A stretch of DNA of 64,000 nucleotides from Savitreella phatthalungensis (taxonomy: Eukaryota). Within the stretch, counting starts at the first letter, position 1. Each line of letters starts with the position of its first letter. Under the pieces are notes generated by a model. That model was not told where the DNA came from and did not search any database. It was given only the letters and a program-made list of their open reading frames with translations. The stretch is taken from positions 124,001 through 188,000 of the forward strand of contig AP039696.1 of the NCBI GenBank assembly GCA_051599415.1, read 5' to 3'. The position numbers and the translations under genes were made by a program. Of the stretch, positions 1 through 11,663 are shown piece by piece.

Positions 1-570
1 GAGTACGTGCACGTGCCGTGGCAGCACAACCAGCCACTAGCGCCTGAATTGCCTGCCCTAGTCGAGCTGATGCGCGATCGGATCGAGCGGAGGAACCGGA
101 AAGTGCTGGTCCACTGCCAGCAAGGGATCTCCCGTTCGGCCTCGCTCGTGATCGCGTACATCATGGCGGTCAACAAGATGGGACTCCATCAGGCGTACGC
201 CTACGTCAAGGACCGATCGCATGGCGTCGGACCAAACATGTCACTCATCTACCAGCTGTGCGAATGGCAAGCTGTGATCGAGAAGGATTCACCACCGGTT
301 AGTGCTATTGCCATGAGGTCTGCAGCACCAGTCTCGAGAGGGGTTCGGCAGCAGAAGCACGCCCTCACAACAGGACTTGAGTCTGTGTCACCAAAGGCCG
401 GCAGTCAAATGGACGCGTCGCAGGAGTACGATGCTGTGGTCGACGATGATGACGATGAACGTCATCCTCCTTCAGCAGGCTTCTCAGAAGCGTCCACGGT
501 CTTTCTTCTCCCTCGTCTACCATCGGAATACACCTACACCCGATACCACGAGCGTATCCTACCCTCGTAA
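1..570 (+). CDS. Dual-specificity (MAPK) protein phosphatase, Pmp1/Msg5-like; 5'-truncated by window edge
   Basis: Catalytic signature VLVHCQQGISRSASLVIAYIM and DSP C-terminal motif AYAYVKDRS..VGPNMSLIYQL; frame is open from base 1. Confidence 0.88.
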   Translation, partial: EYVHVPWQHNQPLAPELPALVELMRDRIERRNRKVLVHCQQGISRSASLVIAYIMAVNKMGLHQAYAYVKDRSHGVGPNMSLIYQLCEWQAVIEKDSPPVSAIAMRSAAPVSRGVRQQKHALTTGLESVSPKAGSQMDASQEYDAVVDDDDDERHPPSAGFSEASTVFLLPRLPSEYTYTRYHERILPS

Positions 571-1970
571 AGGTCAAAACCAGAAACTCAGAGACGATAC
601 ATGATGACATGGCGAAGTAGGTGAGGATCACATCAGCAGATGAGGCGCGATGAGAAATGGACTTATGTGCACATGCATGAGCACGAGGAAGAGAATGAGG
701 ACGAGGACGAGGATGGGAAGGACGAAACGGCCACCGAGGGTTGTTTTAAACCAGACGAGGAACATGGATCTTTTCCAGGATTTTTGTACAACACTTCAAG
801 AATGAAACGAGGAGAGAAACGAGGAAGCTGATGATCAGTGTCCGTGATATGAGGTCTCCCCATCCATTACATTTGAGCTGTGTGGCGTGGTGTGTAAGAA
901 GGGTGAGGCAGTTTTCCGTGGGCGATGTCCGGTCTTTTGAGTGAATCACGAGCACCACTACATCAGGCATTTCTTTCTCCGCCTCTGAAGATCTGATTCA
1001 CTTGTTCTAACTACACTCGGAACTGCTCATTCCGAATCTGGTCATTCATCCTTGATTGGGGACCAAATCATTTCTACCTACTCCAGATTGGATTTCAGCT
1101 AAACCTTGGCCAAGCTCGCCATTCTGGGATCTGAAGCTGGACACCATTTCGATTGAAGCGTCAGTGGCCTTGTGCCTACTACTACACCACTCACAATTCA
1201 ATCATCTGAATGAGCGACGTTCGATGCATTCTGGTCACAGTCTTCTTTCCATTTCTCTCGTTGTGGCCCAGAGACAAAAGAGAAGAGGACGACGGCTAGA
1301 GAGCAGCGTCAAATTGCATTGGAAGTGGATTTCGAAGCTTAAATGACTTCCGTCCTTTTACTTGCGTTGCGACTACCAATCAGTTGTAAGAATTTCAACT
1401 AAATCTCACCTGAGTTGATTTGTGAAAGGTAATCAGGTTAAAAGCAATACTGTACTCTGTGGAAGGCGAGAGTCCTGCCGCTTCCTTTTCTCAGCCAGTT
1501 ACTCATTTCAACCTCGACTAAAAGTTCAATTCAACTAAAGTGTCGTTTATCCGCCCTTCTGCCTGTTTGCCAATATTATACTTATACTATCTTTCATGGG
1601 CGGGTCCATGGATCTCAGTCAATTAACCGCTTGTCTTTGCCTAACAAAACTAAAACGAATGGGCTTCGCCTCCATCATCACCTATCTTCATCCACTTTAG
1701 CGATTCTCAGCTTGGTGAGGATCTGGGTAGAGTACACAAATTCATCATTCACTCATGGCTTTATTTAGATTGATGAATCTTTTCACAACTTGCAGCGCAC
1801 GGGTACTCTGACTCTTCTCTTCTCCCTCAATCAACTCAAACAAAATCCTCCAGACCTACAACAGTCAGTATATATACAATTAATCAACCCATGCTATCTA
1901 TCTCCCTCTATGTCACTCGCTCTCTCCCTCTGCCTCCTCTCCCTCTCTGCCTTTCTCGCTCTCTCCATCC

Positions 1971-2005
1971 CAGTCTCAGTCTCAGTCTCAGTCTCAGTCT
2001 CAGTC
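1971..2005. repeat. (CTCAGT)n hexamer microsatellite
   Basis: cagtctcagtctcagt... tandem run following a CT-rich tract. Confidence 0.9.
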
Positions 2006-3249
2006 GATCTGGACAAATGCATGCACAGCTATAGATAGTACTATACTTGCTCGCTAGCTGTAAATAGATAGACTCCATCAATCGATCCATCAATCGATCG
2101 CGATATGTGGTTGTGGTTGATCGTCTAATCACCAACGCTCCCACTACTCTCCCTTTGCCCCCCCCGTCTTTCAACTACACATCCTTCTCGCTCTCCCTTT
2201 CGTCCCGTCTTGATCCTGTTGGAAAAGGAAGGTCGACGCTTGGGTAGATAGCAGAGGACTTTCCCATCCCCGCGCCAGTTGCACGCGCTCTCCCACCCGT
2301 GCCAAGCGCGCACTTGGGTGTGCATCCCACAGTGTACCTCTAGGCGACCGATATCTCCACGCAGAGGAAGCGCGGCGGCGGCGCGCGCTTCTGACGGGAT
2401 TCCAGTTCCACGCACCACCACACACACCACGGGTACACGCCCCACGATCACAGCCACGATCGCCATCACGATTACGACCACGGTTCACGAAAGTCATCAC
2501 GCTCGTATCTCTTCGTAACACTTTCCTCAAATCAGAACCTCGCAAAGAAGGCCTCCCAGATCAAAGCACCTGTGACGTAGTGATCAAAGTCACTCCTTCT
2601 GCAACGCCAACTGTCGCGCTTGTCACCCTTGAAACATCTCGAGCCTAACTCGTTCTCAACCACGGAACCTCATCAGGGCTCCCACTCCTTCAGCTGGACC
2701 AAGTCAAAACCGGACATCTCCATTCATCAACGGCCGACACTCTGGTCACAAACCTCATACCAGCTCATCTCCCATTTGTACAAACCTCCGACATTCTTCT
2801 GTTCCGCAACACAACCCATCGTTCTTTCCCTCACACGTCCTGCTTTTGTTTCTCCTTTTGACCCCTCTTACAGAGTCCGTGCCTCAGCTCGGCTTTCTCA
2901 TCACGCATTTGAGCACGCGCGATCTCCACTTTTTCCCGGAAGATCCTTCGACCGCGTGATCATCCGCCTATACCGGCATTCCTCGTACCGGTGGACCCCC
3001 TGTTATAGGGGTCTCGTACAATACCGACTTGGTCGACATCATAAAGAAGACCCGTGCTGCTATAGATTCCACAAAGCACGTCAACTACTACACTGGTCCC
3101 TCCCGAACGGGCCCGCGATCAGTACCATCCGAGGTCCGTGCGCACGACACGACACAGGCACTGACCCTGACTGCTCCCCGAAACAGCCTCGGTGCCCGGT
3201 CTCAGGCTCATCTTTTGACGCCGCATCACATCGTACAAGGTAAAGCACG

Positions 3250-6200
3250 ATGAATATGCCGACATGGAGAGACGGCTTGCTTCAGGAAGAGCGGCGGAGA
3301 GCGCTCATGCAGATCGCCAGTATGCTCAAAGGCCTTCAACCGCACATGCCAGAGGACAAGATGACGACAGTCGCCAAACAATTTGAGCATCACGTCTGGT
3401 CTTCTGCCTCAAGCAAGCAGGAGTACTTCCACCAGATTCAAAAGAGGATGATTGACACGCGCGACAAGATGCTCGCACAACGGCAGATGCAAGCTGCTCA
3501 GCAACAGCGGAGTCAACAGCAGCAGCAAGTCCCTGTTCAACAACAGCAGCAGCAGCAGCAACAAAATGGTAATAGTCAGTTCAATCCTGCTTTCTCGATG
3601 GCCGGCAATCCCGTGCAGAAACAACAAGACAACAACGTCGTCGCCGCAGCAAACATGCAAGCCAACATGCAAGCCATGATGGCGCACAGGGCTCAACAGC
3701 AGCAACAACAACAGCAGCAGCAACAGCAGCAGCAGCAACTACATACAGTTGCAGCGCAGCAAAAGCTCCAGCAGCAGCAGCAACAACAGGCCGCTCAGCA
3801 ACAGCAGCAACAGGTCATGAACGCCAAAGCCATGCTGTTGCAGCAGCAGCAACAGCAACAGCAGCAGCGTGTCGCTCAGCAACAGGCTCAGCAGAAAGCC
3901 GCTATGATGCGGGCGCAGGCCATGTCCGCGAAGCAAGCCGCGGCGATGTCTACCTTGAATCAGCCGATCGGCCCTGGTGGACAACCACAGCCATCCGCTC
4001 AGACAGGTGCATCACCCTCACAGCGGCCTGCCACCAACGGTTTCAACGGGGCAAATGCGTCACAGCAGCCTGCTCAGCCGAACAACCCGTTCGCGAATGT
4101 GCAGGCCGCTCCACAGCAGATCCAACAGCTACACTACGTACTCAAGCAGGTACAAGACTACCAGGCAAAGATCGGTGCACCACCGATTGACACGAACGGT
4201 ATGACACCCCACAAGCTGATCGAGCTCTTCAAATCGCAACAGCGACACGCTGCAGCACAACAACAGAAGCGTGGCGTCGCAGCTCAACAGCAGCAGCAGC
4301 AACAACAACAACAGCCTCAACAGAATGTGAACCAGCAGCAACCGCAACAGCAGCAAGGGTTCCAGCAAAAGATGACACCAGCCGCTGCTCAGCTTCGTGC
4401 TCAGCAGCAAGCAATGCGAGTCCAGTCACAAGCCCAAGCTCAGCTGCAGGCTCAGGCCCAAGCTCAGGCCCAAGCTCAAGCACAGGGTCGACCGATGACA
4501 GGCCAATCAGGTCAAGTGCCCAAGCAGATGCCAGTCTTTGCTGGGCAACAACAACCTCCGCAACAGCAGTCTCAGGTCCAGAGAACCCCTGTCCAGCAGA
4601 ACGCCCAGCCGGTCGTCCAGAGCATGCCTGGCGGCGCTGCCCAGCAGCAGCAATTCATGATGCAGCAGCACCAGCAACGTCTCCAGCAAGCTCAAGCAGC
4701 ACAAGCAGCTGCGCGTGGCATGCAGCAGCAGCAACAGCAGCAGCCACAACAACGACCTCCGCAGGGACAGGCGTCAGCACAACCGAACGCCAACGATCCG
4801 TTTGCGCATGCGATCCCACCGAAACTGCTTGCGAATTTCAAGAACTTCCCTCCAGGCACCACCACGTGGCCACAGCTTATGGACTTGGGAAAGCGCAAGT
4901 TGCTCACGGCTGAGCAGATGCGCGATGTCCGTCACCTGTACAACCTCCACCAGCACTGGTTAGCGCAGGTGAGTGCTCAGCAGGCTGCTCGACCAGTTCA
5001 ACAACAGCCTCACGGCATTGACGCTGGTCTAGATCCTGCATCACTCGCGGCTCAGCATGCAGCACCTATACCTCAGCGCAGCATGGCTCAGCAGCTCTCG
5101 ATGCTCCAAGGCGACCCGAACAACCTGGGTGGCATGATGCAGCAGCAGCTGTCGCAGCAAGGTATGGTCGACCCTGCCTGGATCGCCCAACAGCAACAAC
5201 AGCTTGCCGTCCGTCAGGCCATGTCTCCGAGCCTGTCACAGGGTGGGCCCGCGCCGATCGTGCAGCAGGCCATGACGCCACGTCGTCGAGCCGCAGAAAT
5301 GGCTCAGGGGCCACAGTCGCAGCAGACGACAGGAGCCTCGCCAGCAAAGCGACAAAAACAGGAGCCGATCATCATGCCACCACAGCAAGCCCTTCCTCCA
5401 CAATTCCCTGCACGAAATGCTCCGATGGACGTGCCGCCAGGACCAGTCCCCGGCGCCGCTCCGCCCAAGCAGGAGATGCTGCATCTTCTGCTGCAGTCTT
5501 GTCCGAGGGACGAGCAGATGCGCCTGCGTGCAGAAGTGAAGCGACTTGAGGAAGCCATCGCAACCCGTCCCCGTCGGCCGCAATTCAAAGCTCTAACGCC
5601 ACAGGAAAAACTCGACATTCAGACACTCGTCAAGGCGATGATGCCCATGTATGTGCGGATCGACCAGCTTGCCACAGTCTACTTCATCGTCACAAAGAAT
5701 GCGGTCCAAGTTCAGCAGCTGCTGGAGATGAAGTACCTCTTCAAGGACCAATGCGACTGGATGCGCCAGGGTCAGTATATGCTTGACCTCGAAGCCCTGC
5801 GCAAACTCAAGCTCAATTGCGATCACATGTTCAACGGTGTGCGCGAGCATCTATCGCAAGTCACAAAGGCGCTCATGTCGAACTTGTCCCTTCAGCAGAG
5901 TCTGCCTGCCAAGGTCAGTAGCCCGACGCCTGCTCCCGATGGCGCTAGTGCCAGCTTTGGCGCAGGCCTGAAGCCTGAGGATCTCAAACTTCCAGTCACC
6001 ACGACAAAACGAACCAAGGGAAAGACTTCTTCGTCCACCGTCAACACGCCCGCAGCAACTGTCGACACGCCGCAGGCAACCGTCGCTGCACCGACGTCAC
6101 ACCCGTCCGCTGAGACGGACAAACTGGCGAAACAGCAGCGCGCACTTGACGCTGCCGCTGCACAAGAAGCCAAGCAGGACCCGCTCGCATGGGTGTGCAA

Positions 6201-6759
6201 GCAAGTCGAGGCGTTCTATCTGTCGTTTGACGACGATGTCTCTGCAGGCGTCGTAGCCAGCGCCGGTACGGCATCGGAAGATTCCTTGGCTAAGAAGCCA
6301 GGTAGTACGACGCGTCCTTCAACAACAACCTCCGGCATCTCAGCCGCTACCCCTTCGGCCATCCTCCGCACTCCGCAGCCCTTCGTCGCCGCCGCTACCC
6401 CGAACACGATCGCCAAGCAAGTCCTACAGACACGTGCACAGCCTGGTCTGGCCACTGCCATCTTCCCACCGACACCACCTCGCTCAGATCGTCTGCCACA
6501 ACGTGTGCTCGATCTAGGTCCGGATGACGCCCTGGAGGATGAAGCTGCGCTGTTTGATCTGTTCATTGGGGACGATAGTGGAACGCTCGATCTAGCCACC
6601 ACGCTCAACCTTCCTTCAATTCCTAGAGGCGCCGGCACGACCTCTTCTGGCAACAACATCTTGCCAGGACGTGATGACCCGCATGCACTCATGGACCAGA
6701 TGGCCATCGACAACCCGCCAGTCTGGAGCTTCCCAATTCCAATGCGAGTCGACGTCTAA
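3250..6759 (+). CDS. MED15: Mediator tail subunit Med15 (Gal11-like)
   Basis: N-terminal KIX-like segment (WR....QEERR...AKQFEHHVWSSASSKQEYFHQIQKRM), long polyQ/QA tracts, and a conserved helical region around PPGTTTWPQL and LEMKYLFKDQ. Confidence 0.8.
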   Translation: MNMPTWRDGLLQEERRRALMQIASMLKGLQPHMPEDKMTTVAKQFEHHVWSSASSKQEYFHQIQKRMIDTRDKMLAQRQMQAAQQQRSQQQQQVPVQQQQQQQQQNGNSQFNPAFSMAGNPVQKQQDNNVVAAANMQANMQAMMAHRAQQQQQQQQQQQQQQQLHTVAAQQKLQQQQQQQAAQQQQQQVMNAKAMLLQQQQQQQQQRVAQQQAQQKAAMMRAQAMSAKQAAAMSTLNQPIGPGGQPQPSAQTGASPSQRPATNGFNGANASQQPAQPNNPFANVQAAPQQIQQLHYVLKQVQDYQAKIGAPPIDTNGMTPHKLIELFKSQQRHAAAQQQKRGVAAQQQQQQQQQQPQQNVNQQQPQQQQGFQQKMTPAAAQLRAQQQAMRVQSQAQAQLQAQAQAQAQAQAQGRPMTGQSGQVPKQMPVFAGQQQPPQQQSQVQRTPVQQNAQPVVQSMPGGAAQQQQFMMQQHQQRLQQAQAAQAAARGMQQQQQQQPQQRPPQGQASAQPNANDPFAHAIPPKLLANFKNFPPGTTTWPQLMDLGKRKLLTAEQMRDVRHLYNLHQHWLAQVSAQQAARPVQQQPHGIDAGLDPASLAAQHAAPIPQRSMAQQLSMLQGDPNNLGGMMQQQLSQQGMVDPAWIAQQQQQLAVRQAMSPSLSQGGPAPIVQQAMTPRRRAAEMAQGPQSQQTTGASPAKRQKQEPIIMPPQQALPPQFPARNAPMDVPPGPVPGAAPPKQEMLHLLLQSCPRDEQMRLRAEVKRLEEAIATRPRRPQFKALTPQEKLDIQTLVKAMMPMYVRIDQLATVYFIVTKNAVQVQQLLEMKYLFKDQCDWMRQGQYMLDLEALRKLKLNCDHMFNGVREHLSQVTKALMSNLSLQQSLPAKVSSPTPAPDGASASFGAGLKPEDLKLPVTTTKRTKGKTSSSTVNTPAATVDTPQATVAAPTSHPSAETDKLAKQQRALDAAAAQEAKQDPLAWVCKQVEAFYLSFDDDVSAGVVASAGTASEDSLAKKPGSTTRPSTTTSGISAATPSAILRTPQPFVAAATPNTIAKQVLQTRAQPGLATAIFPPTPPRSDRLPQRVLDLGPDDALEDEAALFDLFIGDDSGTLDLATTLNLPSIPRGAGTTSSGNNILPGRDDPHALMDQMAIDNPPVWSFPIPMRVDV

Positions 6760-6873
6760 AAACGAATCTCGAAGCCAACTTTATACCTGAACGATACGAA
6801 TGCCATACTTACTATACACTCTCATCAATTATTGTCGTCGTTGTCATCTAGCTGCACGTCTGGTCTTCCTTAC

Positions 6874-7467
6874 TCACCGACTTGTATCAGAGACAAAGCC
6901 TCTAGCCACGGGTGCCTGATGAAGTTCCTCCATTCCTCTCGGGATCCATCTGAACTCCGGGTACACGATTGCGACTGCTCTTCCCCTGATCAGTCCCATC
7001 GACACCGGTCCGTAATGTCTCGAGTCTGTGGAGTGCGGAAGATTATCGCCGACGATCCAGACATGTCCTTCCGGTACCTTGATGTACTCGTTCATACTCA
7101 CCGTCGGATCCAGCAGCACAACATCCCCAGGCATCCCAATCACCCGCTTCAGCACATACACATCCGTCAGTCCAGGCTTAGCAACGACGACCAGATCGCC
7201 TACGGCGACTCCCTTCCCGCGAGCGTGCCGCCACTTGTCGATCAGACACCAGTCGCCCGCGCACTGAAGCGTCGGCATGAGTGAAGGCCCGCTCGTCAAG
7301 TTCAGCTCGAGCACATTATCTACCAGGAGGTGGTAAGCGGCCAGCCACTTGACAGTCCTAGCCACAGGTCGCCAGACCCGAATCGCTCCACCTCCAGACC
7401 CGCTTGCTGTCGTCGAAGCAAATCGCAAATTAAGAGGTCGACCGACGACCGACCGCCATGCCCACAT
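6874..7467 (-). CDS. IMP1: Mitochondrial inner membrane peptidase subunit 1 (peptidase S26)
   Basis: GPSLMPTL (catalytic Ser), VLKRVIGMPGD (Lys), VPEGHVWIVGDNLPHSTDSRHYGPV; ATG at 7467 with presequence-like N-terminus. Confidence 0.88.
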   Translation of the reverse strand: MWAWRSVVGRPLNLRFASTTASGSGGGAIRVWRPVARTVKWLAAYHLLVDNVLELNLTSGPSLMPTLQCAGDWCLIDKWRHARGKGVAVGDLVVVAKPGLTDVYVLKRVIGMPGDVVLLDPTVSMNEYIKVPEGHVWIVGDNLPHSTDSRHYGPVSMGLIRGRAVAIVYPEFRWIPRGMEELHQAPVARGFVSDTSR

Positions 7468-7737
7468 CCCCTGACGCGTCTTGCGTATCACGTCAAGATC
7501 AGACAGCTCAACAAGGGAGCATTACTCGTTCACTCGAGTAGCTCAAGCGTGCTCTCTAAGAGAGTGTCTGTATGGCTCTTCTGCAGATATGGAGATCAAA
7601 TCGGTCGTAATCAGAAACAGGCACGTGACTCTGATCTTGAGGTTGATGAATTGAAAAATAGGCTTGTGGGGGGGCGAATGCACAGCAGATCAATGTAGAT
7701 GGATTCGAGAACTACAGAATGGGTGGGTGACCCTGCC

Positions 7738-8682
7738 TCACTGCCGAGTGAATGGATTAGACGTCTGCGGCGTCACCTGGACTCGCACGTTGCCCAAGCC
7801 AGGCACACCGCCCTGGCCGAACATGACCTCACGCCAATTGCTGACAACCCTCTGAATGCCGTCATTGAAACCACCGTTCGTGAACGCGCAGTGTGATCCC
7901 GGTGAGGAGAAGACAGTCTGGACGGCAGTCTTGCCAGTATCGAGTGCTGCATACGCTCGGATACCCCGGGGAATGGTCCGCTTGAGTTGCGGGAGCTCGT
8001 TGTCGGTGACTTGCCAGCGCAAGCGTGTGCGAGCGACGGCGGTGGCGAAATCCTGTAAAGCTGCCGCACCAGCCGCCGGAGCATCCCCACCGCAAAGCAG
8101 CATCACCCCATTCCCACCGCCCTCACTCGCATACTTACCCAGGTGTCTCGGCAGAAACGCAGAAGCAAGCAGAATACTCCCTCCAGACACACCCGTGAAA
8201 CTGACCTTGGCACGATCGAATCTCACGACGCGTGGCAACTCCCGGTCGATCAGGATATCGAGAGCGTCTGCATGAGCAACCGCCTGGGTTCGCATTCCGC
8301 GAGAGTCCGTCCGACGACCTCCCCAGACAAGTTCGTTGTTGGGTGCTAGGACGACGACGTCTAGAAGCTCGCCGGCGTACGACTGTGAGATGGCAGCGCC
8401 TGGCATCGCCTCGAACGACGCTCCACCATCCCCGTGCAGTAGCACTGCGAGTCCCCGAGCAGGCTTATCCGTCTTCGCTCCCGCACCCCCAACCACAAAC
8501 TGGTCGTCAGGACCAGACACCTTCCACCGCAACGTCAAACCATTCACCACAGACTCGCCCTCCACAATCAAACTCCCATCGCTCGCGCGCGCACCTGTCT
8601 GAGGCGCAGAGATGCTCTGTCGAGGTGTCGGTCGCTGCGCTAGGCACGTCACAAGCAGCGCGAGCAGTGGTGCCAGCAACAT
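7738..8682 (-). CDS. Secreted alpha/beta-hydrolase-like protein
   Basis: Signal peptide MLLAPLLALLVTCLA; LHGDGG; nucleophile-elbow-like TGVSGGS; C-terminal GSHCAF. Confidence 0.7.
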   Translation of the reverse strand: MLLAPLLALLVTCLAQRPTPRQSISAPQTGARASDGSLIVEGESVVNGLTLRWKVSGPDDQFVVGGAGAKTDKPARGLAVLLHGDGGASFEAMPGAAISQSYAGELLDVVVLAPNNELVWGGRRTDSRGMRTQAVAHADALDILIDRELPRVVRFDRAKVSFTGVSGGSILLASAFLPRHLGKYASEGGGNGVMLLCGGDAPAAGAAALQDFATAVARTRLRWQVTDNELPQLKRTIPRGIRAYAALDTGKTAVQTVFSSPGSHCAFTNGGFNDGIQRVVSNWREVMFGQGGVPGLGNVRVQVTPQTSNPFTRQ

Positions 8683-9006
8683 CTGTCGAACTCGGTCTTC
8701 TGCATCGTCCGGTAGAAGGCAGGGGACGCGACCTTTGTAGTCTCTTGCGAGGTCTCAGACGTCAAACGTAGCGCCTTAGACTATCGGTGACGAGTTCAAC
8801 CCCCACCGATCGATCGGCATCTGATACATGTCGTCCGCAACCCAGCTGCAGGGGAAACCGGGAGCTGAGCACTTCTGCTGCATTCGGTGTATCAAATCCG
8901 TGACGTTGCGGAGCCGGGACACTTTTTACCAGGTCCTGTAATTGTCAGGGCAGGTTTAAGGTCACGGCTAGATCAAAACACCACCCCGAGGCAGAGTGGA
9001 GACGCG

Positions 9007-10176
9007 ATGGATGCGTACGAGTCACCGTCGGACGAGGAGATCGATGCGCCTGACTACCGGCTGATTGCGGCGTTGAAGAAGGATGCGTCGCTGCCGAGTC
9101 GAGGCGAGAAGGACTTTGAGCCTGACGGGACAAACAAGCAGTCAAAGGTCCTCGAGGCCTCGCGCGAAGCCATGTTCGAAGCGCTCTCGTTCGAGCGCGA
9201 GCTCTCTGCCAAGAACTACTGCAAGGCCGAGTGGTTTCCAGACTCCGGCCGAGCGCGAGTCCCCCCATCGTACAACCGCGGAATCGCATTCAAGTCGATG
9301 GGTCGTGCAGATCGGGAGAACGCGGTGTGGCTGAATGCGGAAGAGGCATTGTTCCTCGTTGATCGCGGGTCGATGGAGCTCACGTACGAAGGAGGGCTGC
9401 CATTGTCCGTCCAAGCCGCATACGTCGAGTGCCTCGCCCACGTCCCCCTCCACCACTACGCCGTCTACGCCTACCTCCGCAGAGCAGGATTCCAAATCAT
9501 CCGCGCAGGACCAAAAGATACTCACTGGAAGGACAGTCTCCCTATACAGCCATCCATCGTCCAGCGCATAGCCCAGATCATCTGGCAAACGCCAGGCACA
9601 ACATCACAGCCAACCAGGGTCGCACGCTCAAGCGACCGGATACACCGCGATACGGTCTACAGGTCGTTTGCCGACGTCTATCGGCGGCTGTCTTACGTTC
9701 GGACAGAAGTTCAGCATCCGGTGGCCTGTGGGGGTGATGAGATTGGGATTGTGTTCCATGTCTGGCGACCTGGAGCTCACTTCAAGAAGAGTGACCCTGG
9801 GACGCCGGACTTCCACGTGGCTATCGTCGATGCCGTCACCCAGGGTATCCCGACCTTGTCGCAATTCGAGGCGCTCATGGACTGGCTGAAGGACGATCCG
9901 AAGTACGAATCCCGGCAACACGGAGGGAAGCTCAAGGTCGGTAAGCGTCACTGCGTCCTGGCGGTGTACGATGCAGGCATCATCTCGTTCCTCCAGGTCG
10001 GTGAAGCATGTTTTGGAGAACTACCGCTCTACATGGAACAAGGTTGGGGCAACACCACACAGACTAAGCGAGGCCCTAAAAGCCAGCACAGGCAGAAGGA
10101 TGAGAAGGCAAAGAAGGGAAAGCACGAGGATCAGGGCGGATGGATAGGCTGGCTACAGACATGGTGGCGGCGGTAG
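9007..10176 (+). CDS. SEN54: tRNA-splicing endonuclease subunit Sen54
   Basis: LPSRGEKDFEPDGT..Q...LEASREAMFEALS; FKSMG; WLNAEEALFLVDRGS; YAVYAYLRRAGF; FHVWRP...FKKSDP.TPDF. Confidence 0.9.
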   Translation: MDAYESPSDEEIDAPDYRLIAALKKDASLPSRGEKDFEPDGTNKQSKVLEASREAMFEALSFERELSAKNYCKAEWFPDSGRARVPPSYNRGIAFKSMGRADRENAVWLNAEEALFLVDRGSMELTYEGGLPLSVQAAYVECLAHVPLHHYAVYAYLRRAGFQIIRAGPKDTHWKDSLPIQPSIVQRIAQIIWQTPGTTSQPTRVARSSDRIHRDTVYRSFADVYRRLSYVRTEVQHPVACGGDEIGIVFHVWRPGAHFKKSDPGTPDFHVAIVDAVTQGIPTLSQFEALMDWLKDDPKYESRQHGGKLKVGKRHCVLAVYDAGIISFLQVGEACFGELPLYMEQGWGNTTQTKRGPKSQHRQKDEKAKKGKHEDQGGWIGWLQTWWRR

Positions 10177-11069
10177 GCGGGAAAGCGAACTGTGAACTGT
10201 TGACGAGAACTCACGAGGATTGATGTAGATAGACGCATAGGCTAATGACTTGAATAATGTGTACGTGTGTGATTGAGGCGATCAGCTAGTAGTATAGTGT
10301 GCATCTTTGTCTATTGTCAACATGACTGATGAATCCGTGCATCCTTTCAAGTGAAGCTTAGAGCTTGCAAGTGCTTGCTGCTCTCTGAATGATACACGTG
10401 CGTGAGTCATGACACAAAATTTATCACTCGATCGCTGTGGAGACTCTTCACAGGAATTTGTGCATTGAAGCGATGAGAATAGATTTGAATTCCAGCTGGG
10501 ACTTTGCACTGAACAAATGCTCAGAGGCGTGGGAATTGTTCACTCGGTCAAAAAATCCACTCTGATCTTCTGAGCTCTATACTAGTTGAATTTTCAATAT
10601 TTGAGCATAATCCTATTTCCACCCTTTGACCATTATTGAAATGGAATTTCTACTAGATAATCTTGACTCGGTTTACTTGAACAGGATGTCTTCTCTAATC
10701 CGGGATCTATACATTGAGTTGAATTTGTGTGTGTATGTGGTAGCATCTATAGTGTGAATCTGAACCTGAATCTGAATCTCACTCTTGCTCTCTCACTCAC
10801 TCACACACAGTGAGCCTCATTCACACTCTCTCCCACTGTCACTCTGACCGCACTCTCTCTGTCTGCACGCACACACCTGTTGCAGCAGCAGCACTAGCAG
10901 CAGCTGCAGCACCATCACACAGTGTCTCCATCGTACTCTGTGTGCGTGTCTCCCTCTCTGTCACTGCAGGTCTGTCTACCTCGTTCACTCAGCCATCCAC
11001 TCGCCAATCGATTCACTCAAAAAACACTACTTGTGCAAGTCACACTTCCTCGTACACCCAACCGCGACA

Positions 11070-11663
11070 ATGAGCACATTCGAGCGCGAGATTGTCATCG
11101 ACGCAAAGGGCCACCTGCTCGGTCGGCTGGCATCGACCATCGCCAAGCAGCTCCTCAACGGCCAGCGCATCGTCGTCGTCCGGTGCGAGGAGATCAACAT
11201 CTCCGGCGAGTTCTTCCGCAACAAGCTAAAGTACCTTGCCTACCTCCGCAAGGCATGCCGTTACAACCCGACCCGTGGACCTTTCCACTTCCGCGCACCT
11301 TCACGCATCCTCTACAAGACGATCCGTGGACAGCTGCCCCACAAGACCGCTCGTGGCATGGCTGCGCTCGAGCGTCTGCAGGTGTTTGAGGGTATCCCAC
11401 CGCCGTTTGACAAGGTCAAGCGGATGGTCGTCCCCCAGGCCCTCCGCGTCCTCCGCCTCAAGCCTGGACGCAAGTTCTGCACCGTCGGACGTCTCTCCCA
11501 CGAGGTCGGATGGAAGTACGCAGACGTCGTGTCGAAGCTGGAGGAGCGTCGCAAGGTCAAGTCCGCAGCAGCCTACCAGGCCCGTGCCGCAAAGGCCACA
11601 AAGGTCGCACAGCTCAAGGCCGCCTCGGGACTTAACGACAAGCTCGCAGAGTTCGGCTACTAA
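11070..11663 (+). CDS. RPL16: 60S ribosomal protein uL13 (L16/L13A), intronless
   Basis: [13 protein letters not shown]...[15 protein letters not shown]...[21 protein letters not shown] at 11070. Confidence 0.97.
   Translation: MSTFEREIVIDAKGHLLGRLASTIAKQLLNGQRIVVVRCEEINISGEFFRNKLKYLAYLRKACRYNPTRGPFHFRAPSRILYKTIRGQLPHKTARGMAALERLQVFEGIPPPFDKVKRMVVPQALRVLRLKPGRKFCTVGRLSHEVGWKYADVVSKLEERRKVKSAAAYQARAAKATKVAQLKAASGLNDKLAEFGY

Noticed and set aside
2367..2391. GC-rich 8-bp hairpin GAAGCGCG...CGCGCTTC
   Set aside because: Isolated and short, with no supporting ncRNA context
2620..3253. ORFs upstream of and overlapping the MED15 start
   Set aside because: Non-ATG starts, no family motifs; probably leader or intergenic sequence
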